Made by a program: the position numbers and the translations under genes. The notes under the pieces are model-generated. The model saw nothing but the letters and a program-made list of their open reading frames with translations. It was not told where the DNA came from and made no database searches. This document shows positions 29,961 to 39,853 of a stretch of 45,957 nt of DNA, piece by piece (the stretch's first letter is position 1; every line of letters begins with the position of its first letter). The stretch is from Nitrospirota bacterium (GTDB taxonomy: Bacteria; Nitrospirota; UBA9217), in contig DASPSR010000002.1 in NCBI GenBank assembly GCA_035623825.1, positions 1 to 45,957 on the forward strand. The letters run 5' to 3'.

Positions 29961-29993
29961 AAAAGGCAGGCTATATTACAGCCTGCTTTTTTT
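29961..29993 (+). terminator. Intrinsic terminator
   Basis: AAAAGGCAGGCT-N7-AGCCTGCTTTT with T run. Confidence 0.8.
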
Positions 29994-30084
29994 ATTTTGG
30001 GAAACGAAATATTTATCCTAATATGTTACTCGCTATATCCCTTATGCATATCAGTAGGTGTTTTTGACAGAGAGCAGGAATCAG

Positions 30085-30975
30085 ATGGTGACACCGCTAA
30101 ATAAAAAAGAGGTTCTGGAGATAATGCCAGAAAAAAGGGTAATTCCTCTCGAAAATCTATATTTGAGCCAAAGTCTCCATAATTTTTCTGGGAGCCTTGG
30201 ACGGTCGATCGTATATACCAACTACTTATGCGATCTCAATGAAGTAATTGCCCTAAAAGACCGAGACGGGTTTTTTCGAGTGCCAAAAGCGCTCAGAAAT
30301 CACGATGACTGGAGGCTTTTCCAGGAACTAGAGGCACAAGCGGATGTGATCATTACTTCGAAGGTATATCTGAGTCGTTTTGCCACCGAGGGCGAGAATG
30401 CACAGGACGTCCTTACCGAATTTGAAGCAGGAGGCGAGTTTGAAGAATTAGGGGAATGGAGACTTAAGAACGGATTTAAATCGAGAAGGCCTGATCTTGC
30501 GATCGTCGGGAGAAGTCCGGATCTTATAATTCCCAAATCGGCAACGCAGGCAGGGAGGAACATATATTTTTTTTCAACATATGATCTGGCCGATTCCGAC
30601 GATGCTAAGAGTTTGCGGGATATGGGCGTTACCGTAGCCGGGGCTGGCGCCGAGGGTGTAGAAGGAAAGGTAATGATTGATTACCTTGCAATGAGAAGGA
30701 ATTATAGGACAATCTATGCAGTCGCAGGGCCAAGTATCATTAAAATCCTTCTGGATGCGCGTGTTTTAGACAGATTGTATGTAACACAAGTCAATCGGAA
30801 AATACTTTTTGATGATCCGTCTTCTGTCAAGAGAATCCTTTCCAACGGGAAAAGGGTAAGCGGAATCCCGGATTTCGCCCTTGCAAAAAGATATTTACAG
30901 GACAAGGTGGTTACGGAGGATCAAACCGTTACAACGCAAGAATTCCTGCTTTATGAGAACTCGGCAAAAGGCTGA
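30085..30975 (+). CDS. RibD C-terminal (pyrimidine reductase / DHFR-like) domain protein
   Basis: VY.N....L...IA, DWRLFQEL.AQADVII, AGP......LL...VLDRLY.T; several canonical residues diverged. Confidence 0.75.
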   Translation: MVTPLNKKEVLEIMPEKRVIPLENLYLSQSLHNFSGSLGRSIVYTNYLCDLNEVIALKDRDGFFRVPKALRNHDDWRLFQELEAQADVIITSKVYLSRFATEGENAQDVLTEFEAGGEFEELGEWRLKNGFKSRRPDLAIVGRSPDLIIPKSATQAGRNIYFFSTYDLADSDDAKSLRDMGVTVAGAGAEGVEGKVMIDYLAMRRNYRTIYAVAGPSIIKILLDARVLDRLYVTQVNRKILFDDPSSVKRILSNGKRVSGIPDFALAKRYLQDKVVTEDQTVTTQEFLLYENSAKG

Positions 30976-31199
30976 GCGCAAAATGATGCGCTTTGACGAG
31001 AATACTTCAACTGATATCTTGTATCTTGCAGTATTTTTTCCAGGAGCTCAATTGCATAGTTATAGATGGGGTTCTATAGACGGTTTGCAAGAAACACCCT
31101 GAATCTATTATTTTGCGTTATCGTCGTCACTATCGGATCCATCCTGTCTTTCATCTCTAATCTGTCAGCATTTTTCTCTGAAAAGACCTATCGACGATA

Positions 31200-31228
31200 T
31201 TGACATTAAACTGAATCGAGCATATATT
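31200..31228 (+). promoter_or_regulatory. sigma70 promoter
   Basis: TTGACA-17 bp-TATATT. Confidence 0.55.
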
Positions 31229-31365
31229 CGTGTGAGATAATTTTCATCGTAGCATTGTCAGTTTCGCTCACGTAATGCCTTGATACTTTTTTTGCTGCAC
31301 GGAAGCGATGCCTTCGCGCCGAATCTAAACCGAACCGGAATCCATGAATATATGAAGGGATCAAG

Positions 31366-32355
31366 ATGAGAACGCGTTTGACGGAGGGGTTTGGAATCCA
31401 ACATCCGATCCTTTGCGCTCCGATGGCATTGGTGACCGGCGGACGGCTGGCTGCCGCTGTTTCGAGCGCTGGCGGCCTTGGTATCGTCGGTGGCGGTTAT
31501 GCTGGGATACTCGGCGGGGAGCATGACATTCAGCGGGAACTGGCACATGTTCGAGGCCACAAGTTCGGCATTGGATTTATCACGTGGGCGCTAGCGCGGG
31601 CGCCTCAAGTGCTGGATGAGGTACTTAGCCATTCGCCGTTTTGTGTGTTTCTTTCATTCGGCGACCCACGCCCCTTTGCAGAAAAGGTACGACGCAGTGG
31701 CTCGAAACTCATATGCCAAGTGCAGTCTTTACGTCACGTTGATCAGGCGCTCGAAGGTGGTGCGACGGCAATCGTCGCCCAAGGAACCGAGGCCGGCGGT
31801 CATGGTGCCAAGCGATCGACTCTGCCTTTCGTGCCTGAAGTCGCGGATTATTTATCCAAAGAATCGCCATCAACATTGCTTCTCGCCGCTGGAGGAATTG
31901 CGGATGGGCGCGGGCTTGCTGCAGCGTTGATGCTGGGCGCAGATGGCGTTGTTGTTGGTTCCCGTTTTTGGGCGTCGGAAGAGGCCCTCACACCACCAGC
32001 CGCGACGGATCGAGCCCTATGCTACAGCGGCGATGACACAGTTCGTACTAAAGCAATCGACGCATTGCGTGGTGTGCCATGGCCCGACGAATTCTCATTC
32101 CGAATCCTTAGAAACAAACTCACTGAGCAGTGGGGACATCGCGAATCGGAGGCGGCTGAAGCGTTTGGCAGTCTTGCCGCTACGTATGCGGAAGCGAGGT
32201 CACGACAAGATTTCGAGGTTGCAGCAATTGTCGTCGGTGAATGCGTCGGGCTTATTCACGATCGTCCGAGCGCTGGAAGCATCATAAAGGCCATGGTGAC
32301 TCAGGCGCGGTCTTTACTTGAACGGGGAGCGACGCTCGACTTCGAACGCCGCTAA
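31366..32355 (+). CDS. Nitronate monooxygenase family flavoprotein
   Basis: HPILCAPM, AVSSAGGLG, AQGTEAGGHG, AAGGIADGRG..AAL.LGADGV..GSRF. Confidence 0.92.
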   Translation: MRTRLTEGFGIQHPILCAPMALVTGGRLAAAVSSAGGLGIVGGGYAGILGGEHDIQRELAHVRGHKFGIGFITWALARAPQVLDEVLSHSPFCVFLSFGDPRPFAEKVRRSGSKLICQVQSLRHVDQALEGGATAIVAQGTEAGGHGAKRSTLPFVPEVADYLSKESPSTLLLAAGGIADGRGLAAALMLGADGVVVGSRFWASEEALTPPAATDRALCYSGDDTVRTKAIDALRGVPWPDEFSFRILRNKLTEQWGHRESEAAEAFGSLAATYAEARSRQDFEVAAIVVGECVGLIHDRPSAGSIIKAMVTQARSLLERGATLDFERR

Positions 32356-32476
32356 CCTTTTCATCACCAGACGAGAAATCGCTTCCTGAATCATGGAGCC
32401 ATGGGCAATCGAGCCCCATCCACGTTGCTGTATCTTGACAGGCACAATCTTTGACAGACCGAGAAGGAAATGAACA

Positions 32477-34423
32477 ATGGATGCACCAAGAGTAGCAGAC
32501 TGCGAGGGCGCCCCACAAGACAGCACCATTACCGAAATATGTTTCGATTATAAGATCCAGCTGTTATTTGCAACTCTAGCTCTTTATCTCCTTTTAGCAA
32601 CGTTCTTCAATATCAATGGTTCCTCTGCAGGGAGTTGGGACCAATATTTGGGCCAGAGATCAGACAACCATATTCTCATTGGAACACCCAAATCCTACAG
32701 AGCTGATGAGTGGGCGTTTCATACCCCTGCAATCCTAAGTCAGTGCAATAGCAAGCCTCCCTTTCCCACCGAAAACTATTCGCTTGGCGGATACAAAGCC
32801 CCTTTGGTCATGAATGTGCCCGTCAGACATTTCAGTATGGTTCTCAGACCGCAATTCTGGCCCTTCTTCATTGTCAATCCGGAACGGGCTTTTGCTTTCT
32901 ACTGGAACGCCAAGCTGGTGATCCTGATAGGCGGGGTTTTTCTTCTTCTTATGGTGGTACTGGAAAATAATTTCTTCTTATCTCTATTCGGCGCTTTATG
33001 GGTTTTCTTCTCAGGTTACATGCAGTGGTGGTACTCATCTCCTCAGGAGTGGCCTGAACTCGTCGGCTGTTTCGCACTCTTTACCACGGCATTTATACAG
33101 ATGCTCATCTCGAGGCGCAAGATCGTGGTCGCTCTGTCTTCCTTCGTTTTTCTAATAGCTTTTTTCAATTTTGCTGTCTCATTGTATCCTGCCCATCAGG
33201 TACCCCTTGCGTATCTTAGTTGTTGCATTATTATTGGAGTGCTTTTACCGCGGTTTAGAATGGTGTATCCCGAATTGCTCACGAATCGATTCCGACTGAT
33301 CAGCGTCACCCTAGCGCTTACAGCAGGTTTAATCTTTCTTTTCTATTCGGATATTAAGCAGACATTGGATGCTTTTGCCAGCACAGTGTATCCGGGCAGG
33401 AGGCGTTCCACGGGAGGGGGAGTCTCTATTGTCAGAATATTCAGTGGCTTTTTTGGTCCATTTCTGTCCGAGCGTCATTTCCCCAAGGTCTGGGACAACG
33501 CATGTGAATCGAGCAACTTCTTTCTCTTTTTCCCCGTTCCGCTGATGTTCTTTGGTTTGGAATTGTTACGGCGTAAAAAGGTTTCCGCCTTGAACATCGG
33601 CCTCGTCATATATATAGCCATAATCCTTTTTTGGTTGATTTGGGGGTTCCCTAAACCTGTTGCACAACTCACTTTGTTCGACAGGGTTTTGGAGCGAAGA
33701 GCATTGCTGCCACTCGGAATAGCCAGCATTATGTGGACCTGCCTGCTCCTGCATAGGACTGCAAAAGAACATACTCTCTGCAGCCTGAAATGCAAGACTG
33801 GAATCACTGCCATTATGTTTATTGGAACGTTGATTTATTCATACTATTTCAATATTGTCACGGATGACTTCGCATCGATATCTCAGATTATCATGGTCTG
33901 TGCGTTCGTAACAGGAGCCAGTTTTTTATTGCTTTTCAGGATACCGTTGTTATTTGCGGGGTTAATTCTCATTCCAAATATCTTTTTTCATGGTTTAGTC
34001 AATCCAATATGTACGGGTCTAAGCCCGATATTGAGCAATCCGATATACGAAAAAATCAGTGACGCTGTTCGTCAGGACCCCGAAGCGAAATGGATCGTAT
34101 ACGGCAAAGGTGTCCCATTGCTTGCCAATTTAACTTACGCGGCAGGCGCAAAGGTTTTTAACGGGTTGAAGTACATACCTCATCTTGATGAAATGAGAGA
34201 GTTAAGCCTTGATCATGACGACATGACAATCTATAATCGATATGGCTATATCTCTCTGTCACCTGGTAATGGACCACAAATCAGCTTCAAATTACTTAAC
34301 GGAAGAGACCTCTACGAGATTTCAGTCGATCCGGAGAATGATTGTTGGAGGCGATTGCACATCGCATTCCTCTTGTTGCCGACAAAAGAGGGTATCCTTG
34401 TTAGACACCGAGGGACACCCTGA
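32477..34423 (+). CDS. Polytopic membrane protein, putative GT-C glycosyltransferase
   Basis: First TM followed by a loop with R.DEW...TP, many TM helices, Y(P)xxQ and TVYPG.R motifs, C-terminal soluble domain. Confidence 0.65.
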   Translation: MDAPRVADCEGAPQDSTITEICFDYKIQLLFATLALYLLLATFFNINGSSAGSWDQYLGQRSDNHILIGTPKSYRADEWAFHTPAILSQCNSKPPFPTENYSLGGYKAPLVMNVPVRHFSMVLRPQFWPFFIVNPERAFAFYWNAKLVILIGGVFLLLMVVLENNFFLSLFGALWVFFSGYMQWWYSSPQEWPELVGCFALFTTAFIQMLISRRKIVVALSSFVFLIAFFNFAVSLYPAHQVPLAYLSCCIIIGVLLPRFRMVYPELLTNRFRLISVTLALTAGLIFLFYSDIKQTLDAFASTVYPGRRRSTGGGVSIVRIFSGFFGPFLSERHFPKVWDNACESSNFFLFFPVPLMFFGLELLRRKKVSALNIGLVIYIAIILFWLIWGFPKPVAQLTLFDRVLERRALLPLGIASIMWTCLLLHRTAKEHTLCSLKCKTGITAIMFIGTLIYSYYFNIVTDDFASISQIIMVCAFVTGASFLLLFRIPLLFAGLILIPNIFFHGLVNPICTGLSPILSNPIYEKISDAVRQDPEAKWIVYGKGVPLLANLTYAAGAKVFNGLKYIPHLDEMRELSLDHDDMTIYNRYGYISLSPGNGPQISFKLLNGRDLYEISVDPENDCWRRLHIAFLLLPTKEGILVRHRGTP

Positions 34424-34572
34424 CGTCTTGTCGTTCCTTTCGAGACCGGAAGGGAGCGACCAGGTACGACCAAAAGCAACAGCCAGGGGAGCGAGCGCAT
34501 CCTTGACGTAGAGGGGATGAAGAAAGGCGATCGCAATAAGCAGGGCATAGAGGATAAATCGAGGAATGTAAA

Positions 34573-36219
34573 ATGAACCGTTCTGTTATATCGATGATCG
34601 TTCTCGTCATTGTCATCGCGGCCTGCCTTTTGCCTTTCGTTCACAAGGCCTTCCATATAGATGATCCGCTGTTTCTCTGGGCAGCCCGTCAGATTAACCG
34701 CGACCCTTGTAATTTTTATGGTTTTGATGTCAATTGGGCAGATGTCCCGTTACCGATGTCTGAGGTTGCAAAGAATCCTCCTCTCGATTCTTACTATATA
34801 GCCCTGGCGGCTTTCGTGATGGGATGGGGCGAAATAGCATTGCATGCCGCGTTTTTTGTTCCAGCCCTTGCTGCTGTCATCGGCACCTACTTCCTCGCCG
34901 GGGAGCTGTGCTCCATGCCGCTTATTTCCGCGCTGGCCGGCGTACTGACGCCGGTGTTCCTCCTGTCGAGCACTTCTGTCATGTGCGATACGATGATGCT
35001 GTCATTCTGGGTCTGGGCGTTATTTCTCTGGATAAGGGGTATGAAGAGCAATTCGAACATCAGTCTAATCGCCTCAGCAGTTTTAATCTCGGCTGCCAGC
35101 CTGACGAAGTATTATGGCGTAAGCCTTATCCCTCTCTTACTTGCATATTCCTTAGCGAGAGAACGCAGATTCCGTTATCACCTGTTCTTTCTTTTGATTC
35201 CCGTGGCAATTCAAATCCTGTACAATCTTTTGACGCATTCACTTTACGGGAAAGGCCTGCTTCTGGATGCCTTTCAATTTTCTTCGGGATACCATCCAAC
35301 TGCAGACAAAACGATCTTCACAAGGGTACTGACTGGACTTTCTTTTACAGGGGGATGCCTCCTTACGGCTCTCTTCTACACGCCTTTATTATGGCGAAAG
35401 CGAATTATCGCTGCATGCGCTTTTTTTGCATTGATTATCAGCCTTCTATCACTCGGACATATGGGGCCGGGAACTTTTTTTGCGGCTAGCGGCGGTTTCA
35501 ACTGGCCTTTTGCTGTTCAATGCTTTCTCTTCGCGGCCGGAGGAACGAGTGTTCTTCTGCTCGCCGCTTCCGACCTGTGGACAAGGAGAAGCGCCGATTC
35601 GCTTCTTCTGTTCCTCTGGTTAATGGGAACATTTATATTTGCTACATTCCTCAATTGGACAGTCAATGGCCGCAGTATCCTCCCCATGGCCCCTGCTGTC
35701 GGGGTCCTGGCGGTGCGTCGGCTTGAAAGCATCAAGACCACCGATGCCTTGGGAAACTTCAAGCGTCTTGTCTTACCGCTGATTCCATCTTTGATCATCT
35801 CGCTTTTGGTTGTGTGGTCGGATTACAGATTGGCTGACACGGCTCGCAGAGCCGCGGATGTGATCAGTTCAAAGTACGCCGATAAGGCTGAAAGCCTTTG
35901 GTTCCAGGGCCATTGGGGATTTCAGTATTATATGGAGAAGAAAGGTGGCAAACCTATCAACGCCCTAAACGTGACATTGTCACTAGGCGATATGGTAATC
36001 GTGCCTCACAATAACTATTCGAACTATCGCATACCCAAAGAGTGGTTAGGATTAGTTGAAACAGCGCGATTTTCTTCAGCCCGGTGGTTGTCTACTATGA
36101 GTGATTCCTTGAGGGCGGGTTTTTACTCCGACGAAAAATGGGGCCCTCTTCCTTTTGCCTTCGGTCCTGTTGGCGATGAGGAATATTATGAGCTTATAGT
36201 CGATAATCTGCCAAAATAA
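34573..36219 (+). CDS. ArnT/PMT-like GT-C glycosyltransferase (GT39/GT83-like)
   Basis: Acidic IDD motif after TM1, KNPPL..YY, LTKY; many TM helices. Confidence 0.8.
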   Translation: MNRSVISMIVLVIVIAACLLPFVHKAFHIDDPLFLWAARQINRDPCNFYGFDVNWADVPLPMSEVAKNPPLDSYYIALAAFVMGWGEIALHAAFFVPALAAVIGTYFLAGELCSMPLISALAGVLTPVFLLSSTSVMCDTMMLSFWVWALFLWIRGMKSNSNISLIASAVLISAASLTKYYGVSLIPLLLAYSLARERRFRYHLFFLLIPVAIQILYNLLTHSLYGKGLLLDAFQFSSGYHPTADKTIFTRVLTGLSFTGGCLLTALFYTPLLWRKRIIAACAFFALIISLLSLGHMGPGTFFAASGGFNWPFAVQCFLFAAGGTSVLLLAASDLWTRRSADSLLLFLWLMGTFIFATFLNWTVNGRSILPMAPAVGVLAVRRLESIKTTDALGNFKRLVLPLIPSLIISLLVVWSDYRLADTARRAADVISSKYADKAESLWFQGHWGFQYYMEKKGGKPINALNVTLSLGDMVIVPHNNYSNYRIPKEWLGLVETARFSSARWLSTMSDSLRAGFYSDEKWGPLPFAFGPVGDEEYYELIVDNLPK

Positions 36220-36566
36220 TTGTGATACTTATATCAGGACGAAGTCACTGTGAAAGTTACTTGGTAATGTTGGAGTTCTGGAATTCTTCATTTTCTCTTC
36301 TAATGACAATTTTGAGGCGCAGCCTTTACCACTTCGTCCATCCTTGATTAGTGTTCCTCCTCTTTGTAACAGCCAACAGTTCATGTAGAAAATTTTATCA
36401 TATACAACTTTACTCTTATTTATAGTCTACCTTAAAAATATCCCATGTAAGCTCGGTGCTCCTTCTTGCTGCCTGCTATATTTTAATTAACCGGTTCTCG
36501 GTATCTATCAAATGATTTGCCCTTGATAAAGCCGACCCCATTGTGAGGCCATGTGGAGGTAACTCA

Positions 36567-37661
36567 ATGGGTGAAAGACAAAAAGAAGAAAAATACGCGC
36601 GAATAATCTTTTATACAATTACACTGATGCTGCTTGCCGCTATTCCGGCGGAATCGGCGAATACATCTCAAGGCGCCATGACCTTCGTAAAATGGACCGA
36701 GCCCAAGGAGCAAAGCTTCAGTGTCGAGGTGCCAAAGGGTTGGCAGGTGGACGGGGGACTGCATTGGAACGGTCCGACGGACGCCAGGGGTTTCCTGCGC
36801 GCAAAGAGCCCGGATGAAAAGGTCCAGGTGTTCATAGATGATCCGGAAATTCTGCCGCGACAGGTTCCCCATCCAGCCTACGCGCAAATAGGATGGGTAG
36901 AGGGCCGAGTGGTACAAACGCAGACCGGTCGAGTTCTGATTCAGCGGTTTCTCACGGGAAGTCAATTTGCGAAACAGTATGCCTCGCAGCGCCTCTGCAA
37001 GAATCCGCGTTGGGTCAAGGTGGATGACATGTCCTCCTTGTCGCAAAGCATCACTGATTCAATCAGATCTGAAGCTCAGGCCTCCGGAGCGATCGCACGA
37101 GCCAGTGCCGGCGAGGCAAGCTTCCTGTGCAATAATAGACAAGGCTACGTATTCGTCACTACGGTGCTTGCCTCAAGTCCGACGGGTCCCATACAGGTGT
37201 GGGGGGTCTATAAAATGTCGGGATTCCTCAGCACCGATCCTTTACGCTCCATGCAGGCCCGCTATGTTATGAATCACATGATGGCGACATGGACAGTCAG
37301 CAAAAGCTGGGAGGATGCATATAAGCGCAAGATAAAGGACGTGACGGGCCGAGTCATCGCCATGCAAAATGCGCTTGCCGCACAGGTCCAGCGAAACGCC
37401 GCCCACAGCGCCTCGAACGATCTGGCCCGCCTCAATCACCCCAACCAGGGAGTCAATGTGCGGCCTGGAGAACGAAAATCAAGCAGCGTCAATACAACTC
37501 TTGGGACGAAGGAAGTATGCGATGCATTGGGCAGGTGTAAAAATGTTTCGAACGACTATGACACATATTACATGGATCATAGCGGCAATGTGAGCCCTGC
37601 ACGGCCGGGCGGTGCGCCACCGGACAACTCGGGCGTCTGGTCTCCTATGTACACGCAGTAA
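36567..37661 (+). CDS. Exported hypothetical protein
   Basis: ATG after GGAGGT; signal-like segment; W.EP.E.SFSVEVPKGW.V.G N-terminal motif. Confidence 0.7.
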   Translation: MGERQKEEKYARIIFYTITLMLLAAIPAESANTSQGAMTFVKWTEPKEQSFSVEVPKGWQVDGGLHWNGPTDARGFLRAKSPDEKVQVFIDDPEILPRQVPHPAYAQIGWVEGRVVQTQTGRVLIQRFLTGSQFAKQYASQRLCKNPRWVKVDDMSSLSQSITDSIRSEAQASGAIARASAGEASFLCNNRQGYVFVTTVLASSPTGPIQVWGVYKMSGFLSTDPLRSMQARYVMNHMMATWTVSKSWEDAYKRKIKDVTGRVIAMQNALAAQVQRNAAHSASNDLARLNHPNQGVNVRPGERKSSSVNTTLGTKEVCDALGRCKNVSNDYDTYYMDHSGNVSPARPGGAPPDNSGVWSPMYTQ

Positions 37662-38044
37662 AGGCATCGACGGCCAGGCATGAGTTTTCCTGTTTTTGTT
37701 GCGAAAACGCTTATGCACTACAACGGACCGCGTAAATTAATAACCACAAGCCATTGCAAAAATGCCAGCTTGATCATATTGGGAATAAACATCTGGTTTG
37801 CAATGAAAAGTTGCATCCTCTCCCTGACGGTTAACGCATACCCCAGTCACTACAACAAGTTGAAGGGCGAGCGAGGCGCTGTGCATGCTCTTGAACCTAT
37901 AAATGATTTTGCGCATCAAACATAGGTATTAGATAGCAATAGCTCATAATCAACTAAGCCCAAATAAGAGTATAATTGAATCGAGACCAGTCGAGAGTGC
38001 CATATGATGATTATGTTTAGGATACTGGAAATGAGGTGAGAACG

Positions 38045-38465
38045 ATGAAGACCAAGAAACTGTTTCTGCTTGTAACTCTTGTGGCGATTTTCTGGGCATC
38101 TGTTGCAATGGCTGATGAAAAGGCAGGTCAATCCACCCTACCCGGTCCCAATGTTGTCTATCAGGCCAAGTTCCCGCTCACGCTTAATGGTGCTTGAATA
38201 CGACCTACTAACGGTTATAATGGATTTCCCATCTGGTGCAGGGGTTCCTAAGCATGTTCATGGCGGCTCCGTGCTCGTAATGGTACTTAGCGGTGAGATA
38301 ACGCTGAAAGAAAAAGGTGCCGAGATAATAAAAAGGACAGGTGAGAGCTGGACCGAGAAACCCGGTGACGAACACGTAGTCATCAATGCGGGTACTGCGA
38401 ACGTCCGGGTCGTAGTCAATATGCTGTTGCCGAAAGGGGCTGAGGCGACCACCTTGGTCAAGTAA
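38045..38465 (+). pseudogene. Secreted cupin-domain gene with a 1-nt frameshift near 38194
   Basis: ATG 38045 after GAGGTGAG encodes a signal peptide and stops at TGA 38195; the cupin core (PKHVHGG...VLSGE...GESW.E.PG..H) continues in the +1 frame to 38465. Confidence 0.8.
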
Positions 38466-38548
38466 TTCGCCGCGTAGTCGGGTAAACACGAACTACACAC
38501 GAATTATAAGTATGCATAGCTTAAGATGAACGCGAGATATGCCGCCTT

Positions 38549-38580
38549 GAGGGGCTTGGAGATCCCAAGCCTCTTTTTTT
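38549..38580 (+). terminator. Intrinsic terminator
   Basis: GAGGGGCTTGG-N5-CCAAGCCTCTT with T run. Confidence 0.75.
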
Positions 38581-38775
38581 CACCTCACTTCAGTTAATGA
38601 TCTTCTTACTTTAAAAAACACGATATGCACTGATATACATCGTGTCGAAAGATTGAGAGACGCCAGTCGATTAGCTCGACCAAGCGGTAAAGCATTATCT
38701 GGTCATAACGGTCGCTTTTCACATAGAACGTAATATTAACCTTTCATATAGTACTCTCAAAACGATCCCATTTTA

Positions 38776-38804
38776 TTGACAGCCGGCGCAAATTCCGTTA
38801 AACT
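38776..38804 (+). promoter_or_regulatory. sigma70 promoter of the ABC operon
   Basis: TTGACA-17 bp-TAAACT. Confidence 0.55.
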
Positions 38805-38887
38805 TTTTAAAAGAGCATTTGTCACATGGGCATGCCGTTAACACCGGGACAAAATCAACTGGAAATCCACCAACAGGGGGAACACAC

Positions 38888-39853
38888 ATGAAACGATTGA
38901 TTATGGCCGCGGTTTGTGTATCGATCGTTACGTCTCAGGCGCTGGCTGCTGATGTGGTCCGGCTCGGGAACCTGAAATTTGCGCATTATGGAGCGGTGTC
39001 TTATATGAAGGAGGTCGCTCCTAAGTATAACCTGGTCATCGAGGAGCGTGTATTCCCCAAAGGGATCGACATCATTCCGGCGATTATCGCCGGAGAGATC
39101 GATATTGCTGCAAGTGCCATAGACGGCGCCATTGCAGCCCGGGCAGCCAACGTCCCGATATACATTGTGGCAGGTTTTGCCCGGGGAGGCGCACGGATCG
39201 TGGGCAGATCGGACATGAAATGGAAATCGATTGCCGACCTCAAGGGGAAAAAAGTAGGGGTGCCCCGCGGCGGCGCCCAGGAGCTGGTCCTGCTAGCCGA
39301 ACTAGGAAAGTACAACCTGACCTTCTCGGAGAACCCCGGTAAAGACGTCCAGATCGTCTATTTGGCCTATGCGGACCTCAATCAGGCGCTTCTCTCGCAC
39401 AACGTCGACGTAATCAGCCAATCGGAGCCCCAGTCTTCACAAGCCATCAGCAAGGGCTACGGGGTAGAGATCATCAAGCCTTACGATACGCCGCTGGGGG
39501 AGCCTGTCCGGACCCTGATCATGACCGAAAAAATGTACAACGGTAAAAAGGACGTGGCAGAACGAGTCATGAAATGTTTCGTCGAGGCGACGAAGTATTT
39601 TATCGAACATCCCGATGTAGCTGAAAAATATGTAAGCGAAAAAATGTTCAAGGGACAACTAACGAGCGAGGAGTACCGCATGGCGATCGAAAACTCGCCC
39701 TTCACCTACGACGTCACCGTGCAGCAGGTCCAGATTTCAACGGACATGATGGCCAAATACGGGATCGCAAAAATGACGAAACCTCCGGTTGCGAAGGAAT
39801 ACGTCAGACTCGACCTGTTGGAAAAGGCCAAGAAGGAATTGAATGCACGATAG
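38888..39853 (+). CDS. ABC transporter substrate-binding protein (SsuA/TauA/NMT1-like)
   Basis: Signal peptide ending ALA; AI.AGEIDIA, SIADLKGKKVGV, EPQ motifs. Confidence 0.88.
   Translation: MKRLIMAAVCVSIVTSQALAADVVRLGNLKFAHYGAVSYMKEVAPKYNLVIEERVFPKGIDIIPAIIAGEIDIAASAIDGAIAARAANVPIYIVAGFARGGARIVGRSDMKWKSIADLKGKKVGVPRGGAQELVLLAELGKYNLTFSENPGKDVQIVYLAYADLNQALLSHNVDVISQSEPQSSQAISKGYGVEIIKPYDTPLGEPVRTLIMTEKMYNGKKDVAERVMKCFVEATKYFIEHPDVAEKYVSEKMFKGQLTSEEYRMAIENSPFTYDVTVQQVQISTDMMAKYGIAKMTKPPVAKEYVRLDLLEKAKKELNAR

Noticed and set aside
38195-38197. TGA as selenocysteine in the cupin gene
   Set aside because: The cupin core continues in a different frame, so read-through would not restore it
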